Positions 45,744 through 55,505 of a stretch of 55,505 bases of DNA are shown here, in pieces. The notes under the pieces are model-generated. The model worked only from the letters and a program-made list of their open reading frames with translations, was not told the DNA's origin and did not search any database. The stretch spans positions 1 to 55,505 of the forward strand of contig JAOPYV010000007.1 of the NCBI GenBank assembly GCA_025964435.1, given 5' to 3'. Position 1 is the stretch's first letter. Each line of letters begins with the position of its first letter. This DNA is from Thermoleophilia bacterium (GTDB lineage Bacteria; Actinomycetota; Thermoleophilia; Gaiellales; SKUG01). A program made the translations under genes and the position numbers.

Positions 45744-46483
45744 TGGCGGGCTGGTCGTGGCAGTCCGGCGACGTGCACGCCCGATTCACGAGCCGCGACC
45801 ACGGCAACATCGGGCTGCATGTCGGTGATGATGCGGAACAGGTCGCGGCGCGGCGCGCGGACATCGCCGCTGCTGCCGGCCTGACGACCGCGGCCGTGGC
45901 GGGCGTCACCCAGGTGCACGGCGCCGACGTCTGGCTCGATCTTGGTGCTGGAACTTCGGTCGCCGCGGACGTGCAGTGGGGGAGCGCGCCATCGCCGATC
46001 GAAGCCGATGCCCTGGTGACGACCCGGGCCGGGATCGGTCTTGCCGTTGGCGTCGCTGACTGCATGCCGATCGCCGTGGCGTGGGGGAGTGCACACGCCG
46101 CGATCCATGCGGGCTGGCGTAGCCTGGAGGCGGGGATCCTCGAGCGCACCTTCGACGTGCTGCGTCGCGCTGCCGGCCCGAGCGTCGCGTTCGCAGGCGT
46201 CGAGCCGCGCGCGGTGATCGGGCCGTGCCTCGGTGCGTGCTGCTTCGAGGTCGGCGAGGAGGTCGCCGAGCGATTCGCGACCTCGAGCATCGTGCGGCGC
46301 GACGGCGCGCCACGGCCGTTCCTCGATGCCCGCGCGGAGGCACGTCGACGGCTGGCGGAGCTTGGCTGCGAGGTTGACGACATCGAGGTCTGCACGTCGG
46401 ATTCGCGGGACTGCTTCTCGCACCGGGGCGACGTTGGGGCGACCGGCCGTCAGGCGCTCGTGGTGTGGCGCGTCGACGCCTGA
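45743..46483 (+). CDS. pgeF: YfiH/PgeF family (laccase-domain) protein
   Basis: QVHGADV, ADALVT, VADCMPI and HAGWRS motifs. TGATG overlap upstream. Confidence 0.88.
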   Translation: MAGWSWQSGDVHARFTSRDHGNIGLHVGDDAEQVAARRADIAAAAGLTTAAVAGVTQVHGADVWLDLGAGTSVAADVQWGSAPSPIEADALVTTRAGIGLAVGVADCMPIAVAWGSAHAAIHAGWRSLEAGILERTFDVLRRAAGPSVAFAGVEPRAVIGPCLGACCFEVGEEVAERFATSSIVRRDGAPRPFLDARAEARRRLAELGCEVDDIEVCTSDSRDCFSHRGDVGATGRQALVVWRVDA

Positions 46484-46523
46484 CGGCGAGGGCGCTTGCG
46501 CCTCGTACGCTAAGGTGCAGCCC

Positions 46524-47207
46524 ATGTCGCACTTTCCTCGACACCTCACGGCGCTCGCACTCGCCTGTCTCGCATTGCTCGCGGTCCCGGCTGCTGCGTC
46601 GGCGGTGGTCGAGCCGGTCACGCCCCGCGATGGGCTCGCGACGACCTCATCGCGACCGATCTTCACCTGGAAGCTGACACCCGGTTCCGTCCCCACCCAG
46701 CTCCAGATCGCAGCCACCACGACTCCAGGTGGCACGTCGCTCGAGGGCGCAGCGATCGAGAAGCGGCTGACGCCGGCGCAGGTGCGCTACCAGCCCGCCC
46801 TCCAACATCAGCTGTACTCCGGGCTGTGGTACTGGCGCGTCATCGGCACGACGGACGCAGGGGCACCGGCCGCCACGGCATTCCGCAGCTTCGTCATCCG
46901 CAAGCGGGTGCTCGCGCCGACGCTGCGCGTCGCCAACACGCAGACCGGGACGACCGGCTCGGTGCGCATCAATACGAACATCCGCGACAGCCGGGTCAAC
47001 GTGAAGATCAAGCAGGGCCAGGCGTGGTGCCTGAACCAGTCCTTCACTGCGCGGCGACCGCGCGCGATCCTGCATCGCTGGAGCGCCTACCGCTTCTTCT
47101 GCAACCCGCGGATCCCGATCGATCCCGGCACGGTGGTCGCCACCGTCGTGACGATCCGCTCCGGTGACATCGTGCGCCGCGTCGTGCACCGATCCACGGT
47201 GCGCTGA
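46524..47207 (+). CDS. secreted hypothetical protein
   Basis: Signal peptide LTALALACLALLAVPAAASA. No family recognised. Confidence 0.75.
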   Translation: MSHFPRHLTALALACLALLAVPAAASAVVEPVTPRDGLATTSSRPIFTWKLTPGSVPTQLQIAATTTPGGTSLEGAAIEKRLTPAQVRYQPALQHQLYSGLWYWRVIGTTDAGAPAATAFRSFVIRKRVLAPTLRVANTQTGTTGSVRINTNIRDSRVNVKIKQGQAWCLNQSFTARRPRAILHRWSAYRFFCNPRIPIDPGTVVATVVTIRSGDIVRRVVHRSTVR

Positions 47208-47211
47208 CCTC

Positions 47212-47967
47212 GTGGCCGAAGGCATCGAGGCAGTCGTGCTGCGAACGCTCCGCTACGGCGAGGCGGACCTGATCGCGCACCTGCTGACCCGACATGGCGG
47301 TCGTCGCGGCGTGATCGCCAAGGGTGCGCGCAAGCCCAAGAGCCGGCTCGGTGCTCGGCTCGAGCCATTCCTCGCCGTCTCGCTGCAGCTCGTCGAGAGC
47401 CGCGGTGACCTCGACATCGTGCGCGGCGTCGAGGTGCTCGCAGCCCACGACGCGCTGCGCTCCAGCTGGCGCTCGCAGCAGCTCGGCGCGGCGGCGCTCG
47501 ACCTGGTCACGCGCCTGAGCGTCGAGCACGAGCCGAACGAGCAGATGTTCCACCTGCTGCGCAACTTCCTTGACCTGCTCGATTCGACCGCGGCACGTAC
47601 GCCGGTCGAGGCCATCGAGGATGAACGTCGCGGCGCGGTGCTGCTCGCGGCCTTCCAGCTCAAGCTGCTGCACGTGGTCGGCATCGCCCCGCAGCTCGGC
47701 GCCTGCGTGCGCTGCGGCGCCGCGTCACCGCTGGCCGCCTACTCGGCGCGCGACGGCGGCGTGATCTGCAGCGGCTGTCGCACCGCGGAGGACCAGACGC
47801 TCGACGCCCCCACCCATGCGGCCGCCGTCACGCTGATGCGTTCGCCACTCGCCGAGCTCGTGACGCGCGCCGCGGAGGACCTGCCCGAGATGCGCGTGCT
47901 GCGCACCGTCGGCTCGGGCATCGTCGCCGCGACGGCGCAGGAGCACGCGGGCATCCGCCCGCGCTAG
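47212..47967 (+). CDS. recO: DNA repair protein RecO
   Basis: N-terminal OB-fold region EAVVLRTLRYGEADLIAHLLT and Cys cluster CVRCG...VICSGC. GTG start inferred. Confidence 0.88.
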   Translation: MAEGIEAVVLRTLRYGEADLIAHLLTRHGGRRGVIAKGARKPKSRLGARLEPFLAVSLQLVESRGDLDIVRGVEVLAAHDALRSSWRSQQLGAAALDLVTRLSVEHEPNEQMFHLLRNFLDLLDSTAARTPVEAIEDERRGAVLLAAFQLKLLHVVGIAPQLGACVRCGAASPLAAYSARDGGVICSGCRTAEDQTLDAPTHAAAVTLMRSPLAELVTRAAEDLPEMRVLRTVGSGIVAATAQEHAGIRPR

Positions 47968-49337
47968 TGGTCTTCCGCGTCCCCCGCGGCGGGAGCGCTG
48001 GCCGGTCCGAAGGACGCCGTCACGATCGCGCCGCCATCGGGTGCATTCGTGGCCGTCACCCAGCCGCCGTGTGCGGCGACCGTCTGCTGCACGATGGAGA
48101 GCCCGAGACCTGACCCCGGCATCGACCGTGCCGATTCAGCGCGCCAGAAACGATCGAAGACGCGATCGAGCTCCTGCTCGGGGAATCCTGGTCCATGGTC
48201 GCGCACGCGAGTGACACCATCGGTGAGCTCGATCTCGATCGTGCCGCCGTCGGGGCTCCACTTACGCGCGTTGTCGACGATGTTCGCGGCGGCGCGTGCG
48301 ATGCGCGCCGGGTCGCCCGTGACGACCGTCGGCTCGAGGTCGAGCTGGACCACGACGGAGCTGTCGCCGCGTCGCTCGGCGCGCTCGGCCGCGGCGCGCA
48401 GCACGTCGTCGAGTCGAACGTCGTCGTGGATGGCCTCGGGGTCGGAGCCGCGCGCCAGCTCGATCACCGCAGTCAGCAGGTCGGTCAGCTCATCGAGCTC
48501 GGTGACGATGTCGCTGCGCAGCGCTGCGAGGTCCTCGGGTGGCAGTCGGTCGATGTCGGCGTCGCCGAGCACCTGGATGTTCGCGCGCACGCTCGCGATC
48601 GGCGTGCGCAGCTCATGGCCGGCGTCCGCGATCAGCTGGCGCTGCATGTCGAGCGACTGCTCGAGCGCGGTCAACGTTGCATTGAAGCTGGCAGCCAGTC
48701 GCGAGATCTCGTCCGTGCCAGTGACATCGAGCCTTCCGTGTCCACTGGGGTCGGCCGCGATGTCCTCGGCCTCCTGCGTGAAGCGGGCGACGGGGCGCAG
48801 CGCCAGCTGCGCGACCAGCAAGCCGAGCCCGATGGCGCCCAGCACGCCGAGTACCACCACGATCACCAGCCGGGTTGCAGTCTGGCGCAGCACCGCGCGC
48901 ACCTCGTCGATCGGCCGCGCCACCTGGAGCGCGCCGCCGCCGGTCAGGCCGGTCGTCAACACCATCAGGTGCGTGCCGTTGACCTCCACGTCGTCGCGAA
49001 GGGCCTCGCCGCCACCGCGGCGAGCGATCAGCAGGTCATCCTCGGTGAGCGGCAGGGCATCGCCGTCGTTGCCGAGCTGGAGCACGTCGCCGTCCTCGTC
49101 CACGACCTGTACGTAACCGCGGGCCCCACCGAAGGGCTGTGCAGGGCCAGCCCCTGGACCGCCGCGCGGTCGATCACCACCGCGACCCGTCGAACGGTCC
49201 GCAATCTGGCGCAGCTGCTGCTCCGTCTCGCCGCGCAGCTCGTTCGCCACGACGCTGTAGATGGTCACGGCGATCAGTGTCGCGACGACGGCGAGGGCGA
49301 GCGCCGACGCGGCCGCGATGCGTGCGCGCAGGCTCAT
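47964..49337 (-). CDS. sensor histidine kinase (two TM, HAMP, HisKA, HATPase_c)
   Basis: H-box HELRTPIASV, N-box DNARKW, G-boxes DHGPGF and GSGLGLSIV. Confidence 0.93.
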   Translation of the reverse strand: MSLRARIAAASALALAVVATLIAVTIYSVVANELRGETEQQLRQIADRSTGRGGDRPRGGPGAGPAQPFGGARGYVQVVDEDGDVLQLGNDGDALPLTEDDLLIARRGGGEALRDDVEVNGTHLMVLTTGLTGGGALQVARPIDEVRAVLRQTATRLVIVVVLGVLGAIGLGLLVAQLALRPVARFTQEAEDIAADPSGHGRLDVTGTDEISRLAASFNATLTALEQSLDMQRQLIADAGHELRTPIASVRANIQVLGDADIDRLPPEDLAALRSDIVTELDELTDLLTAVIELARGSDPEAIHDDVRLDDVLRAAAERAERRGDSSVVVQLDLEPTVVTGDPARIARAAANIVDNARKWSPDGGTIEIELTDGVTRVRDHGPGFPEQELDRVFDRFWRAESARSMPGSGLGLSIVQQTVAAHGGWVTATNAPDGGAIVTASFGPASAPAAGDAEDH

Positions 49338-50038
49338 TCAGTCGGCTCCCGCAGCACGTAGCCCACGCCACGCAGCGTATGGATGAGCGGGCGCGCACCG
49401 GCCTGCTCGAGCTTGCGGCGCAGGTAGCCCACGTACACGCGGAGGGCATTGGATTCGGGGCCGAAGTCATAGCCCCAGACCCGGTCGTAGATGACGTCGT
49501 GTGTCAGCACGTGGCGCGGATTGCGCAGCAGCAGCTCGAGCAGCTGGTATTCGGTGCGTGTCAGCTCGACGAACACCTCGCCCGATACGAGTGCGCCGTG
49601 GCGTGCCGAGTCGAGGCGCAGCTCGGCGAACGTGAGATCGCCTGCCTCGGGCGTCGCGTCGCTGCCCGGATCCATGTCACTCGCGCGACGCAGTAGCGCA
49701 CGCAGGCGCGCCTTCAGCTCGCCCACGTCGAACGGCTTGGCGAGGTAGTCGTCGGCGCCGGCGTCGAGCCCGGCGATCCGATCGCCGACCTCATCGCGCG
49801 CAGTCAGCATGAGCACCGGCGTGCGGTCGCCGGCTGCGCGGAGGCGGCGGCAGACCTCGAGTCCGTCCAGCACCGGCATGCCGATGTCGAGCACGATCGC
49901 ATCGGGTCGCTTCGCCTCGAGGACGTCGAGGCATTCCGCGCCGTCCTCGGCGACGGCGACGTCGTAGCCCGCCAGCACGAGCGCACGTCGGAGTGCATCT
50001 CGGATCGAGCGGTCGTCGTCGGTGACCAGGATCTGCAT
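49334..50038 (-). CDS. OmpR/PhoB-family response regulator
   Basis: Receiver ILVTDDD...VLDIGMP plus winged-helix LTRTEYQLLELL. 4-nt overlap with the kinase gene. Confidence 0.95.
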   Translation of the reverse strand: MQILVTDDDRSIRDALRRALVLAGYDVAVAEDGAECLDVLEAKRPDAIVLDIGMPVLDGLEVCRRLRAAGDRTPVLMLTARDEVGDRIAGLDAGADDYLAKPFDVGELKARLRALLRRASDMDPGSDATPEAGDLTFAELRLDSARHGALVSGEVFVELTRTEYQLLELLLRNPRHVLTHDVIYDRVWGYDFGPESNALRVYVGYLRRKLEQAGARPLIHTLRGVGYVLREPTE

Positions 50039-50219
50039 CGATGGTTCCTTCTGGAGTGGCGGGCGCGGCGCCCTTCGGTGGGGTCGTACCCATCCTGCAC
50101 CCAGAACGTAAGCCCAGCGTGTGACGGGACATTCCGACGTCGTTGTGTCGTAGCTCTTAGGGAGCGCTTATGGCGCCGGCCGAGACTGGAGGTATCGACC
50201 CGAACGAGGAACGCACACC

Positions 50220-50810
50220 ATGCTCGACACGCTCTTCACCTATGGACCACTCATCGGAACTGCAGCCATGCTGCTCGCCACGATCGCCGTGCTCGTCGTC
50301 GGCGCACGACACGGCAGCGCCCGCTCGGCGCGCACGCTGCTGCCGGCCGCCTACCTGGCGCTGCATGCAGCGATCGGTGGCCTGCTGATCGCGGGCCGCC
50401 ACTTCGCCCTGCCGCGCGGCGACGTGCACATGGTGGCGATGGTGCTCGACCTGGTGGGCATCGTGCTGCTCCTGCTGACGATCGTCGGCATGGACCAGGC
50501 CGCCCGCACGGTGCGCCGCGACCTGCGCCGCTCGGATCTGGAGGCGGCGGAGTACGACCGTGCGCGTCGCGACTACGAATCGCTGATGCGCCATCGCATC
50601 GCCAATCCGCTGGCGATCGTCGATGGTGGGATCCGCACGCTCGCCGACCACGGCGATCGCATCGACGCAGCCACCCGAGCGCTGCTGCTGGCCGACATGG
50701 TCGCAGCGCTCGAGCGGCTCGAGCTCGTCGAGACGATGCCCTCCCCGCGCACGCCGGAGGAGCGCGACCTCGATGGCGTCGCCCGTATCCGCGATCTCGC
50801 GGTCGCCTGA
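50220..50810 (+). CDS. membrane protein with a HisKA-like helix but no ATPase domain
   Basis: 3 TM helices, then SLMRHRIANPLAIVDGGIRTLAD (H-box-like), and the protein ends about 70 aa later. GAGGAA SD. Confidence 0.7.
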   Translation: MLDTLFTYGPLIGTAAMLLATIAVLVVGARHGSARSARTLLPAAYLALHAAIGGLLIAGRHFALPRGDVHMVAMVLDLVGIVLLLLTIVGMDQAARTVRRDLRRSDLEAAEYDRARRDYESLMRHRIANPLAIVDGGIRTLADHGDRIDAATRALLLADMVAALERLELVETMPSPRTPEERDLDGVARIRDLAVA

Positions 50811-50985
50811 CACCCCAGCCCGACCACGATGCCCACACCCACGCACCGTCCCGACCAGAAGAAGCCCCCCCCACGAGCCCCAACCCCACGGAGAACGGAC
50901 ACGAACGCCCGAGCTGCCGACGGCCCCGACGCGAAGCACCCCTCGCGTCGGGGCCGTCGCGTGCCGCGAGCGATAGCCTGTCGAC

Positions 50986-51420
50986 ATGGCGCCTGCTCGG
51001 ATTCCATCGGTCGTGCTCATGCTCCTCGTGGCGCTGCTGCTCGTCGGCTGCGGCGACGATGATGCGAGCTCGAGCGATGCGGCCGATCGCGCCGTGTCAC
51101 AGACGCGGGTGGAGACGAAGCCCGAGCCGGAGCCCGAGACCGCCACGTCGATCACCGTCACTGCCGCCACCCATGCGTGCCTCGCCGACGTCCGCTTCGT
51201 GCGACTGGCGGGGCTCACCGGTGCGGCCGAGGCGTGGCAGCGCACCGATGAACATCGTGCGATCCTTGCCATCAGCGACGGCACACCGCTCGCGGGGATG
51301 ATCGACGAGCTCCGAACCCAGGGCGAGCTTGCGCAGCAGGTGCCGAACTTCACCCCGCCAGTCGTGTTCGCCGGTAACGGCGCCAACTCGGCGGAAGCGC
51401 TCGCGTGCCTGACGGAGTGA
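50986..51420 (+). CDS. hypothetical lipoprotein
   Basis: Lipobox LLLVGC-GD. Confidence 0.75.
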   Translation: MAPARIPSVVLMLLVALLLVGCGDDDASSSDAADRAVSQTRVETKPEPEPETATSITVTAATHACLADVRFVRLAGLTGAAEAWQRTDEHRAILAISDGTPLAGMIDELRTQGELAQQVPNFTPPVVFAGNGANSAEALACLTE

Positions 51421-51449
51421 GCGCCCGCGGCTTCGGGTACCGCGTCGGC

Positions 51450-51869
51450 ATGCATCACCTTCGCGCCTTCATCCTGCTCGCCGCCGTTCTCTTCCTTGCC
51501 GGGTGCGGGTCCGGCGACGACTCGAGCGCAGACACGACGCCGAAGCGCGACGCCGGCGCATCGAACGACGTCGACACGACCGAGACGCAGCCCAAGCCCC
51601 GCGTCGCGTCGAGCAGCTTCGTCGAGACCGCCGCGATCCGCACCTGCCTGGAGCGCGCCGAGTTCGTGAAGCGTGCCTCGCCGGCCGGCGGCATCGTCGC
51701 CTGGAGCGGCCCGTCGGGCACGATCGTCATCGCGAATGAACCGCAGCTGGATCGCGTACTCGGTGCGCTCGCCAATGCACGTGTCATCGCCGACACCAAC
51801 ATCGTCGTCTCCGGCGATTCCGCCGAACTCGACGCCGCGGTGGCCTGCCTCCGCACCCCGAAGCAGTAG
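51450..51869 (+). CDS. hypothetical lipoprotein (paralog of 50986..51420)
   Basis: Lipobox LFLAGC-GS. Shares two conserved Cys contexts with its neighbour (..CL..A.F.. and ..A..ACL). Confidence 0.75.
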   Translation: MHHLRAFILLAAVLFLAGCGSGDDSSADTTPKRDAGASNDVDTTETQPKPRVASSSFVETAAIRTCLERAEFVKRASPAGGIVAWSGPSGTIVIANEPQLDRVLGALANARVIADTNIVVSGDSAELDAAVACLRTPKQ

Positions 51870-51929
51870 CTCGCACGGGTAACCGGTAGGATCGGTCCTC
51901 GTTTCCCAACGACACCGAGCGAGGCTTCC

Positions 51930-52835
51930 GTGAGTGATTCGTCCGCAGCCCGACCCCTGTACCTGCAGGAGATGTTGGCGCGACTGCAGCAGTTCTGGTC
52001 CGACTACGGCTGCGTGATCATGCAGCCGTACCACACCGAAGTCGGCGCAGGCACGTTCAACCCGGCCACGCTGCTGCGATCGCTCGGACCGACGCCGTGG
52101 AAGACCGCCTACGTCGAGCCGTCGATCCGACCCTCCGACGGCCGCTACGGCGACAACCCGTACCGCCTCCAGCACTACTTCCAGTTCCAGGTATTGATCA
52201 AGCCCTCGCCCGACGACATCCAGGAGGTCTACCTGGAGAGCCTGCGCGCGATCGGCATCGATCCCGCCCAGCACGACATCCGCTTCGTCGAGGACAACTG
52301 GGAAGGTCCGACGCTCGGCGCATGGGGGACCGGCTGGGAAGTCTGGTGCGACGGCATGGAGATCACGCAGTTCACCTACTTCCAGCAGGCGGGTGGCATC
52401 GACCTCGACCCGATCAGCGTCGAGATCACCTACGGCGTCGAGCGCATCGCCATGTACATGCAGGACAAGGCCTCGGTCTACGACATCGACTGGGCCCCCG
52501 GCTTCACGTACGGCGACGTGTACCAGGAGAACGAGCGCCAGTGGTCGACCCACAACTTCGAGGTCGCGGACGTTGCCCTGCAGCAGCGCCACTTCGAGGA
52601 GTACGAGGTCGAGGGGCAGCGCTGCCTCGAGGCGCGCATCCCGATGGCCGCCTATGACTACGTGCTCAAGTGCAGCCATGCCTTCAACCTGCTGGACGCG
52701 CGCGGCGCGATCAGCGTCACCGACCGCACCAGCTACATCCAGCGCGTGCGCAACCTCGCCCGCGCCACCTGTGAGCTGTACCTCGAAGTCCAGGCCGAGC
52801 GCGTAGGCACCAAGGAGCTGACCACCAATGTCTGA
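51930..52835 (+). CDS. glyQ: glycyl-tRNA synthetase alpha subunit
   Basis: Highly conserved GlyQ sequence ([43 protein letters not shown]). GTG start. Confidence 0.96.
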   Translation: MSDSSAARPLYLQEMLARLQQFWSDYGCVIMQPYHTEVGAGTFNPATLLRSLGPTPWKTAYVEPSIRPSDGRYGDNPYRLQHYFQFQVLIKPSPDDIQEVYLESLRAIGIDPAQHDIRFVEDNWEGPTLGAWGTGWEVWCDGMEITQFTYFQQAGGIDLDPISVEITYGVERIAMYMQDKASVYDIDWAPGFTYGDVYQENERQWSTHNFEVADVALQQRHFEEYEVEGQRCLEARIPMAAYDYVLKCSHAFNLLDARGAISVTDRTSYIQRVRNLARATCELYLEVQAERVGTKELTTNV

Positions 52836-54939
52836 GGATCGCACACTGCTCTGGGAAGTCGGCTGCGAGGAGCTGCCCGCGTGGGCCTGCGACGCGCTGG
52901 AACGACAGCTGCCGGCGCTCGTCCGTGATGCACTCGCCGAAGCGCGGCTGAGCGTCGAAGGTGCCGAGGATGTCGTCGCGTGGGTCGGCCCGCGCCGCTT
53001 CTCGATCCTCGTCGAAGCGCTGCCGACGCAGCCCGCGCTGCGCCAGCGGCTCGATGGCCCGCCCGTGAAGATCGCCTTCGAAGGCGGCGACGCCGCTGGT
53101 GCGCCGACGCGTGCCGCGATCGGCTTCGCCGAGAAGAGCGGCTTCGCCGTGACCGAGCTGCAGGTCGATGCCGACCGTGGCACGGTCTTCCTCGTGCGCG
53201 ACCTGCCGGAGGTGCCGATTGCCGACGTGTGGCCAGCGCTCGCCGATACGATCCTCACCAAGCTGCAGTTCGCCAAGCCGATGCGCTGGGGCACGAGCGC
53301 CTGGCGCTTCGTGCGACCGATCCGATGGATGGTCACGCTGCACGGCGGCCATGCGCTGGAGTACGACTGCTGGGGCGTGACGAGCGGGCGCACGACGCGC
53401 ACGCATCGCTTCCTCGGCGCCGAGCGCACCGTCGACATCGTCGAGGCCGACCGCTACGCCGAGACGCTGCGCGGCGGCTTCGTCGTCGCCAACCAGGAGC
53501 TGCGCCGCACCGCGATCGAGCAGGGGCTGGCGAAGGCCGCCGCCGAGCTCGACGGTGAGTTCTCCGACCCGGGCAACGTGCTCAAGGAGGTCGTGCACCT
53601 CGTCGAGCAGCCGACCGTGATCACCGGCCACTTCGACGAGCGCTACCTCGAGCTGCCCGAGCGCGTGCTCGTCACCGCGATGCAGTCGCACCAGCGCTAC
53701 CTGCCGGTCAAGCGCGGCTCCGAGCTGGCGCCGGCCTTCCTGACCGTGATGAATGCCGACCCTGCTGCCGTCGCGACGATCCTGCCGGGCTACGAGCGCG
53801 TGCTCGCCGGCCGGCTCGACGATGCCGTCTTCAGCTTCGAGCGTGACCGCAGCCGCGGCCTCGACGACATGGCGACCGATGCGTCGCTCGGTGCCGTCGC
53901 CTTCCACGCGAAGGCCGGCTCGCTCGCCGACCGTCGCGACAGGATCGCCGCCGTCGCTGCCGACCTCGCCACGCAGTTCGGCGTCGATGCGACCCAGGTC
54001 GCCGACGCCGCACGGCTCGCCAAGGCCGACCAGGTCTCGACCGTCGTCCAGGAGTTCGCCGAGCTCGAGGGCTACGTCGGCTCGCTCTACGCCGCCGCCG
54101 GCGACTACGCCGCGCCGGTCTGCCAGGCGATCGACCAGCAGTTCCTGCCTCGTGGGCTCGATTCGGAGCTGCCCGCTGCCGGCGTGCCCGCCGTGCTGGC
54201 GCTGGCCGACAAGATCGAGCTGCTCGTCACGATGTTCGCGATCGGCGAGCAGCCGACCGGCAGCCGTGACCCGCACGCGCTGCGTCGCGCCGCGATCGGC
54301 GTGATGCGCATCGCTCTCGAGCACGACCTGCCGCTCGACCTCGACGCCGCGCTGGCCACCGCCGGTGCCGCGATCCACACGCAGGGCTTCGGCGCTGCCG
54401 AGACCGAGCTGCTCGTACAGGTGCGCGACTTCATCCTCGACCGCGTCGAGAAGCGCCTCTCCGATGCAGGCGTGCGCGTCGACGCCGTGCGCGCCGCGCG
54501 CTCGGCCGAGCTGACCCAGCTGCAGCACCTCGACGAGCTCGCTCGCGCGATCGATGTCGAGGTGAAGGGTGGCGACGTCACCTTCACCCAGGTGCTCGAG
54601 GCGCAGGGCCGCTCCCGCAACATCATCGCCAAGGCCGGAGGAGTGCTCGACGGCTCCGTCGACCCGACGAAGTTCGAGGCGGACAGCGAGCGCGAGCTGC
54701 ACCGTGTGCTGCAGGCAACTGCCGAGCCGCTCAAGGTCGCCGTCGCCGAACGACGCTTCGGGGAGGCCGTCACGCTGGCCGCAGGCCTCGGACCGGCCGT
54801 CGACGCCTTCTTCGCGCGCGAGACCGGTGTGATGATCATGACCGACGACGATCTCGTGCAGACCAATCGCCTGCGCCTGCTCGCCGAAGTCATTGACGCG
54901 ACCGCTCCGTTGGGCGACCTTTCGCAGCTCCAGGTGTGA
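52828..54939 (+). CDS. glyS: glycyl-tRNA synthetase beta subunit
   Basis: 8-nt overlap with glyQ. GlyS-like sequence ([28 protein letters not shown]). Confidence 0.94.
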   Translation: MSEDRTLLWEVGCEELPAWACDALERQLPALVRDALAEARLSVEGAEDVVAWVGPRRFSILVEALPTQPALRQRLDGPPVKIAFEGGDAAGAPTRAAIGFAEKSGFAVTELQVDADRGTVFLVRDLPEVPIADVWPALADTILTKLQFAKPMRWGTSAWRFVRPIRWMVTLHGGHALEYDCWGVTSGRTTRTHRFLGAERTVDIVEADRYAETLRGGFVVANQELRRTAIEQGLAKAAAELDGEFSDPGNVLKEVVHLVEQPTVITGHFDERYLELPERVLVTAMQSHQRYLPVKRGSELAPAFLTVMNADPAAVATILPGYERVLAGRLDDAVFSFERDRSRGLDDMATDASLGAVAFHAKAGSLADRRDRIAAVAADLATQFGVDATQVADAARLAKADQVSTVVQEFAELEGYVGSLYAAAGDYAAPVCQAIDQQFLPRGLDSELPAAGVPAVLALADKIELLVTMFAIGEQPTGSRDPHALRRAAIGVMRIALEHDLPLDLDAALATAGAAIHTQGFGAAETELLVQVRDFILDRVEKRLSDAGVRVDAVRAARSAELTQLQHLDELARAIDVEVKGGDVTFTQVLEAQGRSRNIIAKAGGVLDGSVDPTKFEADSERELHRVLQATAEPLKVAVAERRFGEAVTLAAGLGPAVDAFFARETGVMIMTDDDLVQTNRLRLLAEVIDATAPLGDLSQLQV

Positions 54940-55148
54940 ACACCTTGGACGAATGTCAGCGCGAAAACTGACAAAACGTGATGGTTTAGAGGCTCTGGAA
55001 CGGGACACGCGGAGTTGCGGCTTGCCGCAATACCGTAAGGAATACTGCTGGTCGCGCGGTCAATATTCGGTGGCTAGTGTGGCGAACGTCATCCGCTCGA
55101 TCGTTGCAATTCCGAGCGGGTTCCTCGTCGTCCACACAAAGGTGTTCC

Positions 55149-55505
55149 GTGCTCTCACGTTTCCGCTCGCAGCTCAGGTTGCTCACACTTTCCGCCGTCG
55201 CAGTCGCGGCGTTCGCCATTCCGGCGAGCGCGCACGCTGCCGTTCCGGAGTGCGATTCAACATCGAACTTCCCAATCGAGGGTGTCGACACGTACTTCTA
55301 CTATGACGAGATCACGCTGACCCAGGCGAAGGCCGACAGCGAGGACGCATCGGTGACGGTGACGTGCTCAGGTGACACCGCAGCGCCGACCCTGACGATC
55401 ATTCCCGCGCAGACCGAAGGCGCCGGAACCGCAACGGTCTCCGCGCCTGTTCCGGGCGTCAACTCGAATACGTGGACCATCACGTGGAACCCCGACTCAG
55501 CCGAG
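55149..55505 (+). CDS. secreted hypothetical protein (partial; runs off right edge)
   Basis: GTG 55149, VLSRFRSQLRLLTLSAVAVAAFAIPASAHA signal peptide, open to the window end with G/C third positions. Absent from the ORF track because no stop codon is reached. Confidence 0.6.
   Translation, partial: MLSRFRSQLRLLTLSAVAVAAFAIPASAHAAVPECDSTSNFPIEGVDTYFYYDEITLTQAKADSEDASVTVTCSGDTAAPTLTIIPAQTEGAGTATVSAPVPGVNSNTWTITWNPDSAE

Noticed and set aside
51870-51929. T-box or other riboswitch leader upstream of glyQ (and likewise upstream of proS, 27990-28036)
   Set aside because: The leaders are only about 60 and 47 nt, far too short for a T-box (about 200 nt or more), and no specifier/T-box sequence is visible.
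50157-53438. 1093-aa minus-strand ORF
   Set aside because: It is antisense to the lipoprotein genes and to the highly conserved glyQ/glyS. The composition is shadow-like (R, A, G, V, D) with no recognisable motifs.

Overview
High-GC chromosomal segment (roughly 70% G+C by eye; third codon positions almost all G/C) from an actinobacterium-like genome. The gene content includes a dedicated trpF, two-subunit GlyRS (glyQ/glyS), an archaeal-type ProRS, a class II photolyase, and MurA with Asp at the fosfomycin-target Cys. By inference only, this suggests a deep-branching Actinobacteria lineage (Thermoleophilia/Rubrobacteria-like). Gene order: 3' end of 23S rRNA, 5S rRNA and terminator; a Thr-rich LPFTG protein; a lipoprotein; a polar amino-acid ABC transporter; a class II photolyase; glycine-zipper protein 1; an LPYTG protein; a 1.1-kb non-coding stretch; an M4 metallopeptidase; an EamA transporter; a CARDB protein; a truncated peptide ABC module; an S8 protease; a Trp leader peptide plus attenuator followed by aroF-trpEGDCFBA; a dGTPase-like protein; two degenerate GGDEF-like membrane proteins; proS; a GNAT; glycine-zipper proteins 2 and 3 flanking a lipoprotein; a CUT1 sugar ABC operon; small metabolic genes; murA with a degenerate HisA-like gene; a RidA-family gene, a CCA/poly(A) polymerase-family gene, an M50 protease gene, pgeF and recO; a two-component system; lipoproteins; glyQS. 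I saw no tRNA, transposase, integrase, CRISPR array or recognisable defence genes. The most unusual part is the non-coding stretch 8487-9642. It holds two tandem actinobacterial LexA (SOS) boxes in front of a 37-codon hydrophobic ORF with its own terminator. These are followed by two tandem ~307-nt units, each with a conserved promoter-like box, several hairpins displaying GTCCCCC(C) in their loops, and an intrinsic terminator. I read these units as expanded 6C-like small RNAs. A 10-nt perfect complement to their C-rich motif lies in the leader of the adjacent M4 peptidase gene. Three paralogous glycine-zipper genes share an unusually G-rich, nearly identical ribosome-binding box. Many very long ORFs in the track (up to 1458 aa) are antisense shadows typical of high-GC DNA. 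Gene starts are inferred from SD motifs, overlaps and signal peptides and may be off by a few codons. ncRNA ends are approximate.
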